A stretch of 64,000 nucleotides of DNA from the human T2T-CHM13v2.0 reference genome, Homo sapiens. How positions within the stretch are numbered: position 1 is the first letter of the stretch; each line of letters opens with the position of its first letter. Below the pieces are notes generated by a model. That model searched no databases, was not told the DNA's origin, and saw only the letters and a list, made by a program, of their open reading frames with translations. A program made the translations under genes and the position numbers. Location: the NCBI RefSeq assembly GCF_009914755.1, contig NC_060947.1. The stretch is one strand, 5' to 3'. Of the stretch, positions 30,091 to 44,675 are shown one piece after another.

Positions 30091-33000
30091 AAGCCACCAC
30101 ACATGGCAGAGCTTCCAGAAACAGCCACCGCGACCTCCACATCAGTTCATTCCCAGGTGGGCAGTACAGCGGTCCTCACTGAGCAGCGCTCAGTCTGTAT
30201 GTACATAATAGAACATTGCATGCACAGACTTAAAGCTGAATATTCATGTTTTCTAAACACATCAAACATTCATAAATGTTCCTATTCCCAAGCACATTTT
30301 CTAATAAAGAAGGAAGAGTTATTAAAACTACCAGCTCCAGTCCATGTTTGCAGCACACACCACAGCATGGGCTGATGCCCACTGTGGTGTCTTTAGTGTG
30401 TTTTGACGCGTATTTTGGAGACAATGAAAAGGAAGGTAGCTATAGAATGTTCTTGGGTATGACTTTTGTTCATCTCTGCCAAAATCACCGGGAAGGAAAG
30501 GTTGGGGAAGAAGGGCTGGAGTGACAGGAAGTGGGCCGGGCAGACGTGGGAACTGGGAACTGCAGCTTCAGGCCAAACTGCCTATGAGGTGAAAGGAGGG
30601 AGCTGGTCCTCCAAGGCCTTGGAATGCGTCTCTAGCCTCAATGGAGACTGCAGTAAACTTCACCTGCATCTCTTAAAATGGGCCACATCAACCTTAACGA
30701 AGACTCTGGTTTACAGCTAGGACCAAATTAAATATTCCCTAGGGGATATTAAATAATTGGGATTTTTGTTTGGTTTATTTTAATGGGTAGGGAAGACAGC
30801 ATCGAGTGCTTCTCCATCGCCTATCAAATAGAATCCAGATTCTCCACCTGGCCTGGCCTCGCCCTTCCTCTGCAGCTGCATTTATCTCCTCCAGTCATGC
30901 ACTCTGCCCCCAGTCCCCCGAGCCCTTGGGTTTCATAGAAGTCCTGGGCCTTTTTGCCCTTGTACATTTGTCACTATTCCGTATTATCTTATGCCCTTGC
31001 CTCCCAGCTCTATATTTTCAACCCTTGCCCACCACCATGCAAAGCCTGGCTGGGAAGGAGCCCTGCTCCATGTACCCCTACCCCCGCCTCTACCTCACTT
31101 GGAGCACACATGACATTGCCCTTCTAGACTGAGCTGCAGTGGGCAGAGATTGGGACAGATCTTGGATGCCCCCGTAACACAGTACCTTGCAGGTAAGCGT
31201 TTCCTCTATGAATGTTCGCAGCTCCCAGGCCCCAGGAAAGCCTTCCTCCAGTGCTCATTATTTAGGTAGAGCCCTTCTTAAGCTTCTGAACATTAACCAG
31301 AAACCTTGCAGCTCTTCCTCAGGGAGGAGCTCCTCGATGAGGGACTGTCAGACCTGCGGGCATGCCCTGCAGTGGGGGTGCAGTTCTGGCCCTGGGACTA
31401 CAACTTTCCTGTGGGTCTGGGGGCACAAGGGAACTTGGTAGATGAGACAGCAGGGTGTAAGTCATGAAGTGCAAAGCACTGCACACAAGTTGGTGAGCAT
31501 CCCTAGTGGTGGCTCCAGTTAGCCTCTGCAAATCCCTTTGTGGCACACGGAAGTCAGGACCACTGCAGGGAGATGGGGGCTGTGGGGAAGTGTAGGGGGA
31601 ATTGACGGTGACAATTAAATGCCAAGAGGCCCAAAACTCCTGGAGCCATGGATGTTTCCTGCCCAGATGGAGGCCCTGACCCCAAAGGTCAAAGGCTAAT
31701 TAACCACCTGGTCACCTTGTTGATGAAACAAAACCCACAACCCTGCAGAATCAAAACATGTCAATTACAGAGAGGCAAAGGTCGGCAGACAGGACAGACA
31801 AATTGCAGTATTTAGAATGGTGCAGTCAAGTGTTTGTGCAATCTATTTCCAGTTCTACCATGTGGGCAAAGTAGTTGGGAGAGGGGCTGGAAATTTGGCT
31901 GACTAGGAGTGGGGCGGACTTCAGCACAGAAAGAGGCTCAGGGCTCTAGGTAAGAGCCATGCTCTTGAGGCCATTTACACCCCAAACCTTGGACATGCTG
32001 TCTGCTAGGAAAGGCAACCTAGGACTGCTTGCGAAAGGGGTAATGGGACAGCAGAAGACTCAAGATGGGGGTCTTGAACTGAGTTCAGTGCTGCTCTTTT
32101 ATTGTTCCCCTCACTTGTCAGTAGGCAGTGCCCACCAGTTTCCATGTGGGATATGGTGCCAATAGAGGCAAGGCATTGAATGTTTAGGCTTCTACCTGCT
32201 ACCCACCTACTGTGAAACTCTGGGCAAATCACTTTACCGCTCCCTGTCTCTGCTGACTCACTGGAACATAGGGACAAAGATAAGACACTTGCTTGAGAGT
32301 GAGACTAGAATCCAGAGGCCCTCCTGGATCAAGGAACCAATGAATGAGTGAGAGAACAAATGTCAGCCTGTCTCCCTGCCATTCTGAGCCTTATGTTCTC
32401 CATCTCAGCTCTGATGAAGAGACAACGTGGGTTCCTGGAAGATGGCCATACCACAGAGTGCATCTCCACCCTTATTGCATTCACCTCCCCCTCTCTCTTC
32501 TCAGGCCAGTTGCGTCTTCTCTTCTGGTCTTTATCAGCACACTGTTCCCCTCCTTTAACTCCTGCACTGCCTCCTCTTTTGGATAGGCACCTCCATCCTC
32601 TGAGTCACCCAAGCTAACACGCAGACTCTGCCTGAATCCTCCCTTTCTTCCATCTATCACCTTAGACATAATTGTCTGTTTCTTCCACTAACACGGGGAA
32701 GGGAACATGAAAGTGTGAATTAATGAGGAAGTAAATAAATGAACAGATGACTGTCCAGTCTCTATTCTCTTCTGTTCCCAGGCTCAGCATGGGCTGGGCT
32801 TACAGGAGGCATCAGGGGAGATCTGGTGGTCAAGGGTTCTCTCCACCAGAGCCTTCCCATGCTCCTCCTTAGGCACGGGCACTTTTTCCAGGCTCAGGGC
32901 TCTTAGCTCTAGGAACCCTCTAGGTTAGGGCCAGCCCCTAAGACTATAACCTATGGTACCAGCCTTGGGAAAGATGTTCGATGGCTCTTCAGGGCCAGCA

Positions 33001-34269
33001 CATAGATTGTGATTCTTGGTACCATATCTCAGGGTGCCCCTATAACACTCAGAGTCAGCTTCCTGGGGTTGCCGAGGGCTGGGGCATTGCCCAGCGCCTA
33101 GACATGGACAAGAGCACAGGATGGGTGGAAACGAAGGAAGTTCCTTTATCTGTGTCTTAGATTCATGGTTTCATCTGTCCTTGCCCCACACACCCCACCG
33201 CCACCAATTTGGTGGTAGATACAGCAGGCTCCAGCTCAGGTAGGCAGCATCATGCACCCCAAAGCCCTAGGAGCAGTCAGGTAGGCCAGTGGCGCTCAGG
33301 ACACACAGCCCTCAAGCCCTAGGTTGGGTGTGGTCAAACTCATTTCTTGTCATCTCTTGCCCCCTGGTGCATGGTCACAGTATTGCAGCTTTCCAGGGTC
33401 CTCCCTTGTGACCAATTCGGTTAACATTTTCTGACTACCTATTCCAGGTCAGGCCCTAAGCCATACAGAATTCTGTTCTCAAGGTTTCAGTCCAGCCCTT
33501 GGTCAACTTTCTGATGAATCTTCCTTCTCTATTCTCCTCAAGCACCCCAAGGCCATGATCCATCATATAATCATCTTCTTTCTCTTTTTTGCTTCTGTCA
33601 CAATTGACTGACAAATTCCCACCCTTGGATGAACTCAGCTATGCCCTCTGTGTGTCTGCACTTATGCACCTCCGTGCTTCTAGAGAAAATCACACACATT
33701 GGCAGATTGTGTACCGCTGTAGGCTCATGATCTTCAGCCTCACCAAGGCACATCTCGCTGCTCAGGACTTCCGTGTTTGGTGTCTTTCCAGTCCGGTTCT
33801 CAGAATGGTGATTCGCCCTTTCCTCAAACTCCCCATGTCTTTCCATTTCCCTCTTGCTTTCTTTGTTAATACTCAATTTAGATGTTACAAGATATGGAAT
33901 AGAAATTCCCTCATCCTCCCATCACTAATCCTTCGTATGCTTTCCTCTGACTGAACTCAGCTTTCTGCAAGCTAAAATGGCAGAAGTATCCCTTCTCCTT
34001 TCTAAGGCTGATGTCTTCATTTGTGTTCTGGATCCCATCCCATGCCACTTGCCCCTCCCTCCACCATCAATGAATCCCCCTTTCTACTTGACCAGTCCCA
34101 TCACCATAGAAACTTGCGATATTTTCTGTCTTTACAAAAAACCAATCCTTGACTCCCACATCCCTCTCCAGTAAGTGTCACATTTCTCTGCCTGTGTTCA
34201 AGGCACTTGTCTGCATGTATTGTCTCCTCATCTTGTCTTCCCAGTATACCCAACAAGTTCAGCTTGTGT

Positions 34270-34505
34270 CCTTTTAAGAAGTCTCTCTCTCTCTCTCCAC
34301 ACATGCACAGAGGAAAGGCCATATGAGGACACAGCAAGAAGGCAGCCATCTGCAAGCCAGGAAGAGAGCCCTCACCAAGAACCAAATTTGCAGGCACCTT
34401 GATGGTAGACTTTTAGCCACCAGAACTGTGAGAAAAATGGATGCTTGTTGTTTACATCACCTAGTCTATGGTACCTGGATGTGGCAGCTTAAGCTGACTA
34501 ATGCA
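34270..34505 (+). mobile_element. MaLR LTR 3' half (MLT1A/MST-like) within L2-like sequence
   Basis: 'gaggacacagcaagaaggcagccatctgcaagccaggaagagagccctcacc...agaactgtgaga'. Confidence 0.8.
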
Positions 34506-35799
34506 GCCACCTAGTTTGTGGTACTTTCTTAGGTGGCCCTAGCAAACTAATACTACTGGGATCATCCTTAACTACATCTTTTTGTTCGACTCCAAATATC
34601 CAATTAATGTCCACATTTTGTTGGCTGTGCCTCCAAAATCCATCTGGAATCCCTCTATTGCTTCCCATCCCCAAAACTCCCATGATCATCTGTCACATGT
34701 GCATTCCCCACACAATATCACAGTGATCTTTACAAAGTATAAAGCTGATCATGTCATTCTCTTGCTTAAAACTCTCCAGTGCATTACATTATTATCAGAA
34801 AGAGGGTCAACCCCTTGAAAAGTTCTCTAGGGCCCCTCTCCAAACCATCTCCTCTTACTACCCCCACCCTTGCTCACTACGTCCCAGCCACACTGGCCCC
34901 CTTTCTGGACATCGAGCCTCAAACTCACGTCACATGACTGACTCTTTCCCTTTAGGTATCAGCTTAATTGTCACTTCTTCAAAGGGGAAGTTGCAATTGT
35001 GAGATCCAAAAATGGATTTTTTTCTCATCTTATTTCCTAACTGGTTATTGTTGATTTGTAGGAAAGGCGCTGAATTTTGTAAAATTGGCTTGATTCCATC
35101 TGTCTTGCTAAACACAGTTCTTAGTTAATCATCTTTAGCTTTCTAAGCAGCTAATCATATAATTTGTAAGTAATAATACATTTTTATAGTGGGGCATTTC
35201 TAATAGGTTTGCATCTTGTTTCTTGTCCAAATCTTACTACATCACTTTAAGTAAGATCCCCTTCCTTGTTTTAAGTAAGATCCCCTTCCTTGTCATAAGT
35301 GCTCCTAACAACACAGCACATCTTAACATCTTAATCTGTACTTATATGTTGTTGTGTCTAATAGGTAAGTGAATACATGCAGTGAAACAGATTGAATGAG
35401 TAGACTGTGTGGCTTTTGCTCTCCCCTCTGAACTACAAGTATCATAAAGTGGGGACAGTGATTGAGTTCAAGCAACAAGGTGGGCAGTCATTAGATGTCT
35501 ATTGAAAAAAAAAAGAAGGAAATAAATGAAGATGCTTTAATAGAAGCATGTAATGGCTTGTTGAGTGGAGGTAAAACATGACAACAAGACCATTCCTAGA
35601 TGAAAGGGGAGTGTCAGCACAGGTTTCTACCGGATCTCAACTCTAAATGGATGTTGCCAGGTAGAGAAGCGGGGTGCACATTACAGGGAGAGGAAGCAGC
35701 CATGGCAAAGGCCAAGGAGCTATGGAAACCTTATAAACCCCACCTCGCTAGATGGTCTGCCACACCTGTGGGCCTCTGGATTTCCTGTTTCCTCTAACT

Positions 35800-38330
35800 C
35801 TAAAACCACAAGAAAACTAAGAAACGAAGTGCGTGAATTATCTTTCTGATCCCTGTATGGATAGGTGGATGGGTGGATGGGGCTTTCTACGTTTAAAAGA
35901 AATGGAAAGAATCACAAAGGAAAAACAAAGCAATAGATTGATCTACATTAAAATAGTAAACTTCTGCATGTCAAACATATTAGCACCAATAAGAGGCAAA
36001 CCAAAGCATAAATATGTGCTATATAATGTGCAAAGAACATATGAGAATTAATTTAAAAACACTAAGATTGCAACAGAAAAATGAGGCCACACAGTTAATG
36101 CACAGAAAATAAAAGGAAAATGGTGAATGAACATGAGAGAATATAAGCTTGACTAAAAATGCAAACTAAATAATGAAATATTAATAAATTTTGCAAGGAC
36201 TATTAAATTGCGATATTTCCTGCTGGCAAGGGTGAAGTGAAATGAACACTTTTATGCACTGGGATGTGGTACAACCTTGTTGTATAGCAAATCAGATCTA
36301 CAGAGTAAAGCCTCTTAAAGGCTCATATTCTTTAAACCCGTAATTTTATTGCTAGAGATCTATAATTCTACTTTTAAGAGTGGGTAAATATTTATAAAAA
36401 GATATTCATTTTCAGCATCAATTACAGTAATAAACAGTAGAAACAGCATGAGCCTCCAATTACCTGAGGAATTCTTAGATAAATTTTGAAACCTCCATAA
36501 AATGGAATACTTTACATCCATTAAAAATACTGCAAATAAACAAAAGTCATTTAATAAAATTTAACTTCTATTTCTGATTAAAATGATAAATAGTAATGAA
36601 AGAGGAATCAAATGATTCTTTCTCAATATGATGCATTCAGTGTATCATAACCAATGGTAAATGTTGGTGTAAATCGAATCACAAGAGGCATTGCCCTGAA
36701 AGCTAGGGACAGGATCTTGTAGTAAGATTATGTCAAGAAACAAATAGCATACATACTGAAGTGGAGGAGACACATTCATCGTTATTTGCAAATTGTATGC
36801 TCATCGTTTAGAAAACTAAACATGTTTAACTAAGAAACATTTTTAAGCAAAGCTGATGGATACAGGTAATTTTACAAAAATCAGCATCTTTCTCACAAAC
36901 TAGCAATAACAAGTTGGCAACTATAATGGAAATCACAATTGCAACAAATATATATATATAAAACAACTATGCGTAAAATATTTTAAAATGTGCAGCATGT
37001 AATCTATAAGAAGAAAACTAGAAAACTTACCTAGGAATATTAAACAAGATAAATGAAAATATTAACACCAAGAGATTGATTGAAAAGATTTATATTGTAA
37101 AGATACCAGTTTTCCCAATTTTAATCCAAAAATTTAATACAATTGCAACCAAGATATCAATGGTATTTCTTCTTTTGTAACTTTATGAAACTATTCTAGG
37201 GGTTAGATAACAGAATAAATAAGCAAAAATGAACAAGAAAATTGGAGGGAAAGAAGCAGAAATGATTAGGGACAAGAGGAGAGAAGGTAATTGATCCACT
37301 AGATAATAAAAGTTGTGCTAAAGTTACACTGGTTTCAACAAAAAAGAAACACCTGGTAAAACTAGTGCTTCCATCAGTGTGGAAGAATTGTGGCTCCAAA
37401 ATAGCTTTAAAGACACATCTGAATGGTGGCTCTCTGGTCAGTAGGGAGGGGAGAAGATTCTTAAAGGCTGAGGAAATATTAATTGTCCATATGAAAGAGA
37501 CACTGAGAGGGTGGTTAATGGATATTAAGTCTCCTAAGCTACCCCTTCTCTCCAACAGTGGTGGAGAAATAACAGTTCCCAAACAGAATAAACACTTAGA
37601 AAAATACAGTTAATCCCTAGCTTAAATCTTAAGCCAAATTCAATTTCATACAGGGATTAAAAATTTACACATTATCTAATGAAAACATAAAAAGGTAGGT
37701 GAAAATAACAAATATTTTAAGTGTTGGAAGTGGAGAAAACCAAAGCATGAAAGCAAAGGGAGAAAATGGTCAAATGTCCAAGACGCATGTACAAGCAGGG
37801 CCATAACAGCATTGTCTACAATAATAATAAAAAAAAAAGGAAATAGGTAAAGAAGTATTAGTTCAGCCATACTCTGTACTGCCTTGACAGAGATGCCCAT
37901 GAGATCTCAAGATATTGTTAAGGGCAAAAAGGCAGTTCATAATTCCTTTGTGTGTGTGAAAAAAAAATGTACGTGAAAGAAAACATACAGAAGGGTAGAA
38001 AACATACAGAAGGATAAATAGGAAAGTACTAAAGTGATTCTCAACAGATCAGGGGATTATGGGTGAATTTTAACTTTCTATTTCATGTATTTGTGTTTTG
38101 CCTGAATATTTTATAATGTATATTTTATGAATTGTATAATTAGATTAAAAAAACAAAGGAAATTAAAAAACTTTTTACAGTGTATGAACTAAATGATGTA
38201 AAATTGAATTTGTAGAGTGAAAAATAAGAAGGTGATATGTAAATATTTTAATAATGGCTTTCTCTGGCTGGTGGAATTGTGAGTGGTCATTTTCAAAATT
38301 GCCACCATGAGAACATATTATTTTTAGAAT
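35800..38330 (+). mobile_element. Highly decayed L1M/L1ME ORF2 and 3' fragments
   Basis: A-rich strand with a degenerate 'ttatttgca..tgtatg' (LFADDM-like) remnant near 36780 and other ORF2-like motifs. Confidence 0.55.
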
Positions 38331-38880
38331 CAGAACAAAAAGATACATGTATAATTCCTATGCTACATGGTGTGGAATGATATGAGAAAGGCAGGAGGGA
38401 GCTGAGGTTACAGAAATGTACAAGACAGAAATGTCCCTGACCTCATGAGACCAATAATCTGGTGGGAAAGACAGACCGATCACAAGGAAATAGGAGTGAA
38501 TCAGAAAAATGTCAGAGGGCAAATGCTCTGGAGGAAAGAAAACAGGAGCTGAGATACAATGTAGAAGGGGATGAGCTATTTGCAGAGTATATCTGGGAAG
38601 GCTTCTTTGAGGTTGTGACATTAGAGCAAAAAGCTAAAAGGCAAGAGGGAGCCAGCTATGGAAAATTTAAGGGCGAATCATCTGAGCTAATCTCCTACCA
38701 CTCTTTTATGGTGATATTTGATGTAGACACACTGAGCTTCTGTCAGATTCCTGTGTCCCTAGTTCCACAGGACAGTGCCAAACCAAAGATCAGATTATGG
38801 GCAACACAAGAGGTGGGTGCTCTGTTGCTAAGGAGCCAATACCACATACTAAAAACTATACTCTAAGGTAGGGAGGGAGG

Positions 38881-39152
38881 TGTCTTAGTCCATTTGGGCT
38901 GCTATAACAAAACACCTTAGACTGGGTAACTTATACACAGCACAAATTTATTGCTCACAGTTCTGGGGGCTGGAAAACCCAAGATCAAGGCACCAGCAGA
39001 TTCAGTGTCTGGTGAGGGCTGTCTTCGGATGGCTCTGTTTTCATGGCCTGATCATCCCTTAAAGTCCCACCTCTTAGTACTATCACATCACATTGTTAAT
39101 CAGGTTTCAACATATGAATTTTCTGAGGGACATAAATATTCAGATCAAAGCA
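38881..39152 (-). mobile_element. MaLR solo LTR (MST/MLT1A-like)
   Basis: 'tgtcttagtccatttgggctgctataacaaaa...caagatcaaggcaccagcagattcagtgtctggtgaggg'. Confidence 0.85.
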
Positions 39153-39568
39153 GGGGGCTAGGTGGAAAGTCCCATCCCTCACTAGAACCAGGGAAGTGGG
39201 TGAAGAATTGCCTCATGGTAGCCTTGCATAATAGAAAGGAGAGTGGAAAAGGGTCTTGTGGCAGCTCCTCACAGGACTTCCCATCTTCTGACATTCCTGG
39301 GAGGATCATCAGGCACTCCGCCAAGACTGGACTCAGACTGTGGTTGAGCCTTGCCTCTGGCCTGTGTGAAATCTTTCCCTCCACTCCTTGTGCCTCATAC
39401 ATGCCAACCACACTTTTGTCCCAGGGCCTTTGCACATACCATTTCCTTTTACAAGAATACTCTTCTCCCAGTTATCTACGCAGCTATCACCCTTATTCCT
39501 TTAAATGCTTCTCGAATGTTACTTCTCAGTGAGTCCTTCCCTGACCAACTAGTTTAAAACTGCAATCC

Positions 39569-41344
39569 AGAGGCAAAGCAAGATGGCCAAATAGAAAACT
39601 CTACTGATCGTCCTCTCTGCAGGAACACTGAATTGAACAACTGTCCACACAAAAGAAGCACCTTCATAATAACTGAAAATCAGGTGAGCAATCACAGTTC
39701 CTGGTTTGATAAGAACCAAAAATCAGGTGAGTAATTACTGTTCCTAGTTTTAACTTGATATCACTGAAAGAGGCACTGAAGAGGGTAGGAAAGACAGTCT
39801 TGAGTCACCAATGCCACTTCTCTCCCATCCCCTGGCAGTGGCCAATAGTCTGGCATGGAGAAAGAATCTCTGAACCTGGTGGAGGGAGAGTGCAGTGATT
39901 GTGAGATTTTACATTGAAACTCAGTGCTGCCTTGTCAAGTGGAAAGCAACACCAGGCACAGCTCAGCTGGCACCTATGTAAGGAGCATTTAGACCAGCCC
40001 TAGCCAGAGGGGAATAACCCATCCCAACAGTTAGAACCTGAGTTCTGGCAAGCCCCACTACTCTGGGCTAAGATGCTCTGGGGTTCTAAATAAACTTGAA
40101 AGGCAGTCTAGGCCACAAGGACTGCAATTCCTGGGCAAGGCCTGGTGCTGAACCAGGCCCAGAATCAGTGAACTTGGAGTGCACATGACCTAGTGAGATG
40201 CCAGCTGATGTGGCCTAAGGAGTGCTTATGTCATCCCTCCACTAACCTCAGGCAGCACAGCTTGCAGCTCCAGGAGGAGAGGGAAGAGTAAAGAGGATTT
40301 GTCTTGAAACTGGTATACCAGCTCAGCCACAGCAAATTAAAGTACCAAGCAGAGTCCTGAAGCCCCTGTGGGCCATAGCTCCTGGACAACATTTCTAGAC
40401 CCACCCTGGGCTAGAAGGGAACCCACTGCCCTGAAAGGAAGGACCCAGTCCTGGCAGAATTCAACAGCTTCTGACTAAATAGCCCTTGGTCCTTGAATAA
40501 ACATCAACAACAGCCAGGCAGCAGTCACCACAGAACTTTGGCAAAACACAGTACCATGCTGGCTGCAGGTGTGACCCAGAACATCCCCAGCTGTGGTGAC
40601 TATGAGGAGGGACTACTTTTGCTTGAGAAAAGGAGAGGGAAGAGTAAAGGGGACTTTGTTTTGCAGCTTATGTACCAACTCAGCCACAGTGGGGTAGAGC
40701 ACCAAGGAGGCTCATGAGATTACCAATTTCAGGCCTTAGTTGTTGGACAGCATTTCTGGACCTGCCCTGAGCCAGAGGGGAGCCCACTGCCCTGAAGGGA
40801 GAGTCCCAGGCCTGGCAGTATTCAACATCAGATGATTAAACAGCCCTTGGGCCTTGAAGGAACATCAGTGGTAGCCAGACTGTACTTGTCGTGGGCCTTG
40901 GGTGGTGGTAGCCGTGGGGAAGGCATGACCTCTGCTTGGGGAAAGAGGAGGCAAGAATGGGAAGGACTTTGTCTTGTGGCTTGGGTGCCAGCTCATCCAC
41001 GGTAGAATAGAGCACCAGGTAGATTCCTAAAGTTTCTGAGTCCAGACCCTGGCTCTCTGATGGCATCTCTGGACCCACCTGGGACAGTGGGGACTTGCTG
41101 CCCTGAAGGGAAGGATACAAGCCTGGCTGGCTTCACCACCTGCTGATTGCAGAGTCCTAGGGCTTTGAGCAAACATAGGCAGTAGACAGACAGTGGTTAT
41201 CACAAGCCTTGAGTGAGGCACCAGTGCCATTCTGGCTTCAGGTGTGATCCAGTGCAGTCCCAATTGTGGTGGCCACAAGGGTGCTTATGTCATCTCTCCC
41301 CCAGTTCCAGGCAGCTCAGCACAGATACATATCTCCCCCCCACC

Positions 41345-41402
<58 letters not shown>

Positions 41403-42087
41403 CTTCATATCTTTGGGAGAAATTAAGGAAAGAAAACAAGAGTCTCTGCCTGGTTATCCAGATAATTCTTTTGGATCTTACCCAAGACCACCAAGGTGGT
41501 ACGTTTACAAGTCTGAAAGAGCCACAGTGTTACTGGGCTTGAGGTGCCCCCTGATGCAGATATGGCTGCAGTAACCAAACACTTAGATCATAACACCCAA
41601 ATCCCTTTGAATACCTGGAAAGCCTTCCCAAGAAGGGTGGGTACAAACAAGCCCAGATTGCAAAGACTAGAATAAATACTTAACTCTTCAATGCCCAGAC
41701 ACTGACTAACATCCATAAGCATCAAGACCTTCCAGGAAAACATGACTTCACCAAATGAACTAAATAAGGCACCAGGGATCAATCCCAGAGGGACAGAGAT
41801 ATGTGACTTTTCAGATTGAAAATTCAAAATAACTGTTTTGAGGAAACTCAAATTCAAGATAACACAGAGAAGGAATTCGGAATCCTACCAGATAGACTTT
41901 AAGAGATTGAAATAATTTAAAAGAATCAAGCAGAAAATCTGGAGCTAAAAAATGCAACTGGCATACCAGAGAATGCATCATTGCTCTTTAATAGCACAAT
42001 TGATCAAGCAGAAGAAAGAAACAGTGAGCTTGAAGATAGGCTATTTGAAAACACACAGTCAGAGGAGATAAAAGTAAAAAGAATAAG
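39569..42087 (+). mobile_element. L1M1/L1MA-type 5' UTR with tandem internal repeats and the start of ORF1; no 3' portion
   Basis: Begins 'gcaagatggccaaatagaa'. Units of about 310-360 nt repeat near 40320, 40680 and 40990, with (GA)n at about 41355-41402. An ORF1-like 'atgacttcaccaaatgaactaaataaggcaccaggg' (MTSPNELNKAPG) is at about 41742. Confidence 0.8.
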
Positions 42088-42149
42088 CACGTGCTTATGT
42101 GTAGGTTGGGATCCAGGGTGTGTGTGGGTGGGAGGATGGCAAAGTTCTT

Positions 42150-44285
42150 GGTAATTTCAATATCTGCATAGGTAATTCTACTCTGATCTCCTACTCCCTT
42201 GACCTACTCTCCAGTGGTGCTTTTGCCCTGTTCTCTACCTCAGCCACTTCCTTCTACACTCATCCTAAGACCTGGTTGACATCTATAACCACCATCTCTC
42301 CAGAACCTCCATTTCATGTATCCAGCTCTCCAACCACCGGCTCACTCCTTTTAGTATTATGACAGTCCTCTGACCCCTGTGGGGACCCTCAAACCAAAGA
42401 TTCTACTGTTGATTTCACTCTCCTTCACCAAACCCTGATTCTGTCCTTATCTCCCTCCTTACCCAGCCTAAAATCCATGGTCAATCATTATCATTTCTCC
42501 CTTGAATCCACATAAAACTACTGTGTCCCTCCATTATATCCCTGTACTCATCTGGCAAAACCCCAACCCTGATGAAATCCAACTCTACCTACTCTAAATA
42601 TCCACAAGAACAATTGAATATGGTTGGAGAAAGCCATGCACATATGTTGAGTAGTTTCACTTTAAAATAATGACCATCAACCCTCAAGTGGGCCCTCCAT
42701 GCAGCCCAGAAATCACGCTACAGTTCCACAGAACATCCACTCTCTTGGCTCCCAGAAGACGACTATTTCAAGCCTTCTCTCCTCAAACCACTGACATCCC
42801 TCACCCCAACTCCCAACTGGTGGCTTGGCTTTCTGTGTCACTGGGAAAATAGAAGCCATCAGAAGAGCACTTTTCCAAGCTCTGCCATCGCCTCTCCCAC
42901 CTACCTACATCTGTGTCTCTCCCTCCTGCATCACCAATTTTTCCCACGTTACTGGCTCATTAGCATACAAACATGTTACAGGGCTGGAATTTATCTCATA
43001 TTTTAAAAATACTTCTATCTTGTCCTCTCATATCCCTACCACCCCCAACCCCAGCTTCTCTGTTCTCCTTCACAACAAAACTCCTTACAATACTTGTCAA
43101 TCATTGGGTACTCGCTGTTTTCAATTCCTTTTTTCCTACTCTTGTCCCTCCACATTTTCCTGGAAATGGCCCCTGTAAAGACATTCATGACCTCCACATT
43201 GACAGACATAATGCTCAATTCTTTGTCCTCTTCTTATTTGTCCAGTCCGTAGGATTGGAATAGCTGCTCACCGCCTCTTTCCTGATACACTTTCTGCAGT
43301 TGTCTCTACGTGTTGCTGCACCCCTCCTGCCTCAACATCACTCCTTACTGGCTCCCTTGCTGGCTTTTCCTCGTCTAAATGTAGGATTGCCTGGGGCTTC
43401 GTTCTGGGGCTGGTTTGCTATCTCTACATTCATTATCCTGTGGATCCAATCCAGTCTCATGACTTGTAATATGAACGAAATGTTACTCATTCTGTGATTA
43501 TATCTCCAGCCTTGATATTGCCCCTGAACTTCACACACGTCTATACAACCCATTCCATCACTGTTTTTCTTATCTCAGTTAAAGGGCCTCCATCCTTCCT
43601 GTTCCCTTGACTGAGAACCTTAGTGCCATAATTGATTTCTGTCTCTGTCCTAGCTCAACTCCAAACTGGCATCAAACCCTAATGACTCTTCCATCAAAAT
43701 CAATCTTGAATCTGCTTGCTTCTTACCACCTCCACTGCATTGCCTGTTGTAAAATAGAAATCAGATCGTGGTAACCACTGACTCAGAATCCTCACTGTCT
43801 CTCCACATGACTCTGACTAGTAGCCAAAGTCCTGACAGTGGTCTACAAGGCCCTGCATGATCTCTTGCTACCCCCATCTTAACTACTCTGACCTAGTCGC
43901 CTACCATCCTCCTCTCTGGCTTGCTTCACTTCAGCACACTAGCCTCCTGCCTAACCCTAGAACATGCTAAGCTTCTGCTCCCAGGGCTCTCGCACTTGTG
44001 AATTTCCCAACCTGGAATAGGATGGCCCCTCAACTCTTTCAAATCTTGGTTCAAATGCCATCTTCTCAGTGGCACATTTCCTGACTACCTTATTTGAAAT
44101 CTCTGCTTCACTTTTTCTTCATGGCACCAATCACCATCTAGCATCCTGTATCTTTGACTTGTTTTTCTTTTTTTTGTGTCTAATATCCATGAGGTTAGTA
44201 GTTTTTATTTAATTTTTTGGCTTCTGTAATCCCAAGTCCTAGAACAGTGGATAGCACGTAGTATCACTGAGTAAATGCTTGATGT
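42150..44285 (+). mobile_element. L2 LINE fragments
   Basis: C/T-rich L2 motifs, ending 'cctagaacagtg...gtag...agtaaatgcttgatg'. Confidence 0.6.
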
Positions 44286-44299
44286 AGGAGTTGTTTCAG

Positions 44300-44675
44300 T
44301 CTGTCTTAACAAAGTAGGTACTGTGGACTGGGTGGCTTGAACAATAGAAATGTATTGTCTTCCAGTTCTGGAGGCTGGAAGTCTGAGATCAAGGTGTGGG
44401 CAGGGTCAGTTTCTCCTGAACCTCTCTTGGTGGCTTGTGGATGGCCACACTCTCCCTGTGTCTCCACATAGTCATTCCTCTGTACATGCCTGTGTCCTAA
44501 TTTCCTCTTCTTATAAGGACTCTAGTCACACTAGATTAGGGCCCAGCCTAATAACCCTATTTTACCTTAATAACCTCTTTAAAGGCCCTATTTCGAAGTA
44601 TGATCACATTCTGGAGTACTGGGGATTAGGACTTCAACATGAATTTGCAGAGGGACACAACTCAATCCATGACAC
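44300..44675 (-). mobile_element. MLT1-type MaLR solo LTR
   Basis: 'cagttctggaggctggaagtctgagatcaagg...tcttataaggac...gattagggccc...gacttcaacatgaattt'. Confidence 0.85.

Noticed and set aside
38951-39532. 193-aa ORF
   Set aside because: Non-ATG start; runs through a MaLR LTR and L2 relic; no domain.
40300-41200. Regularly spaced repeats as a CRISPR-like or novel array
   Set aside because: Long diverged units inside an old L1 5' UTR, with no short repeat and unique spacer structure.
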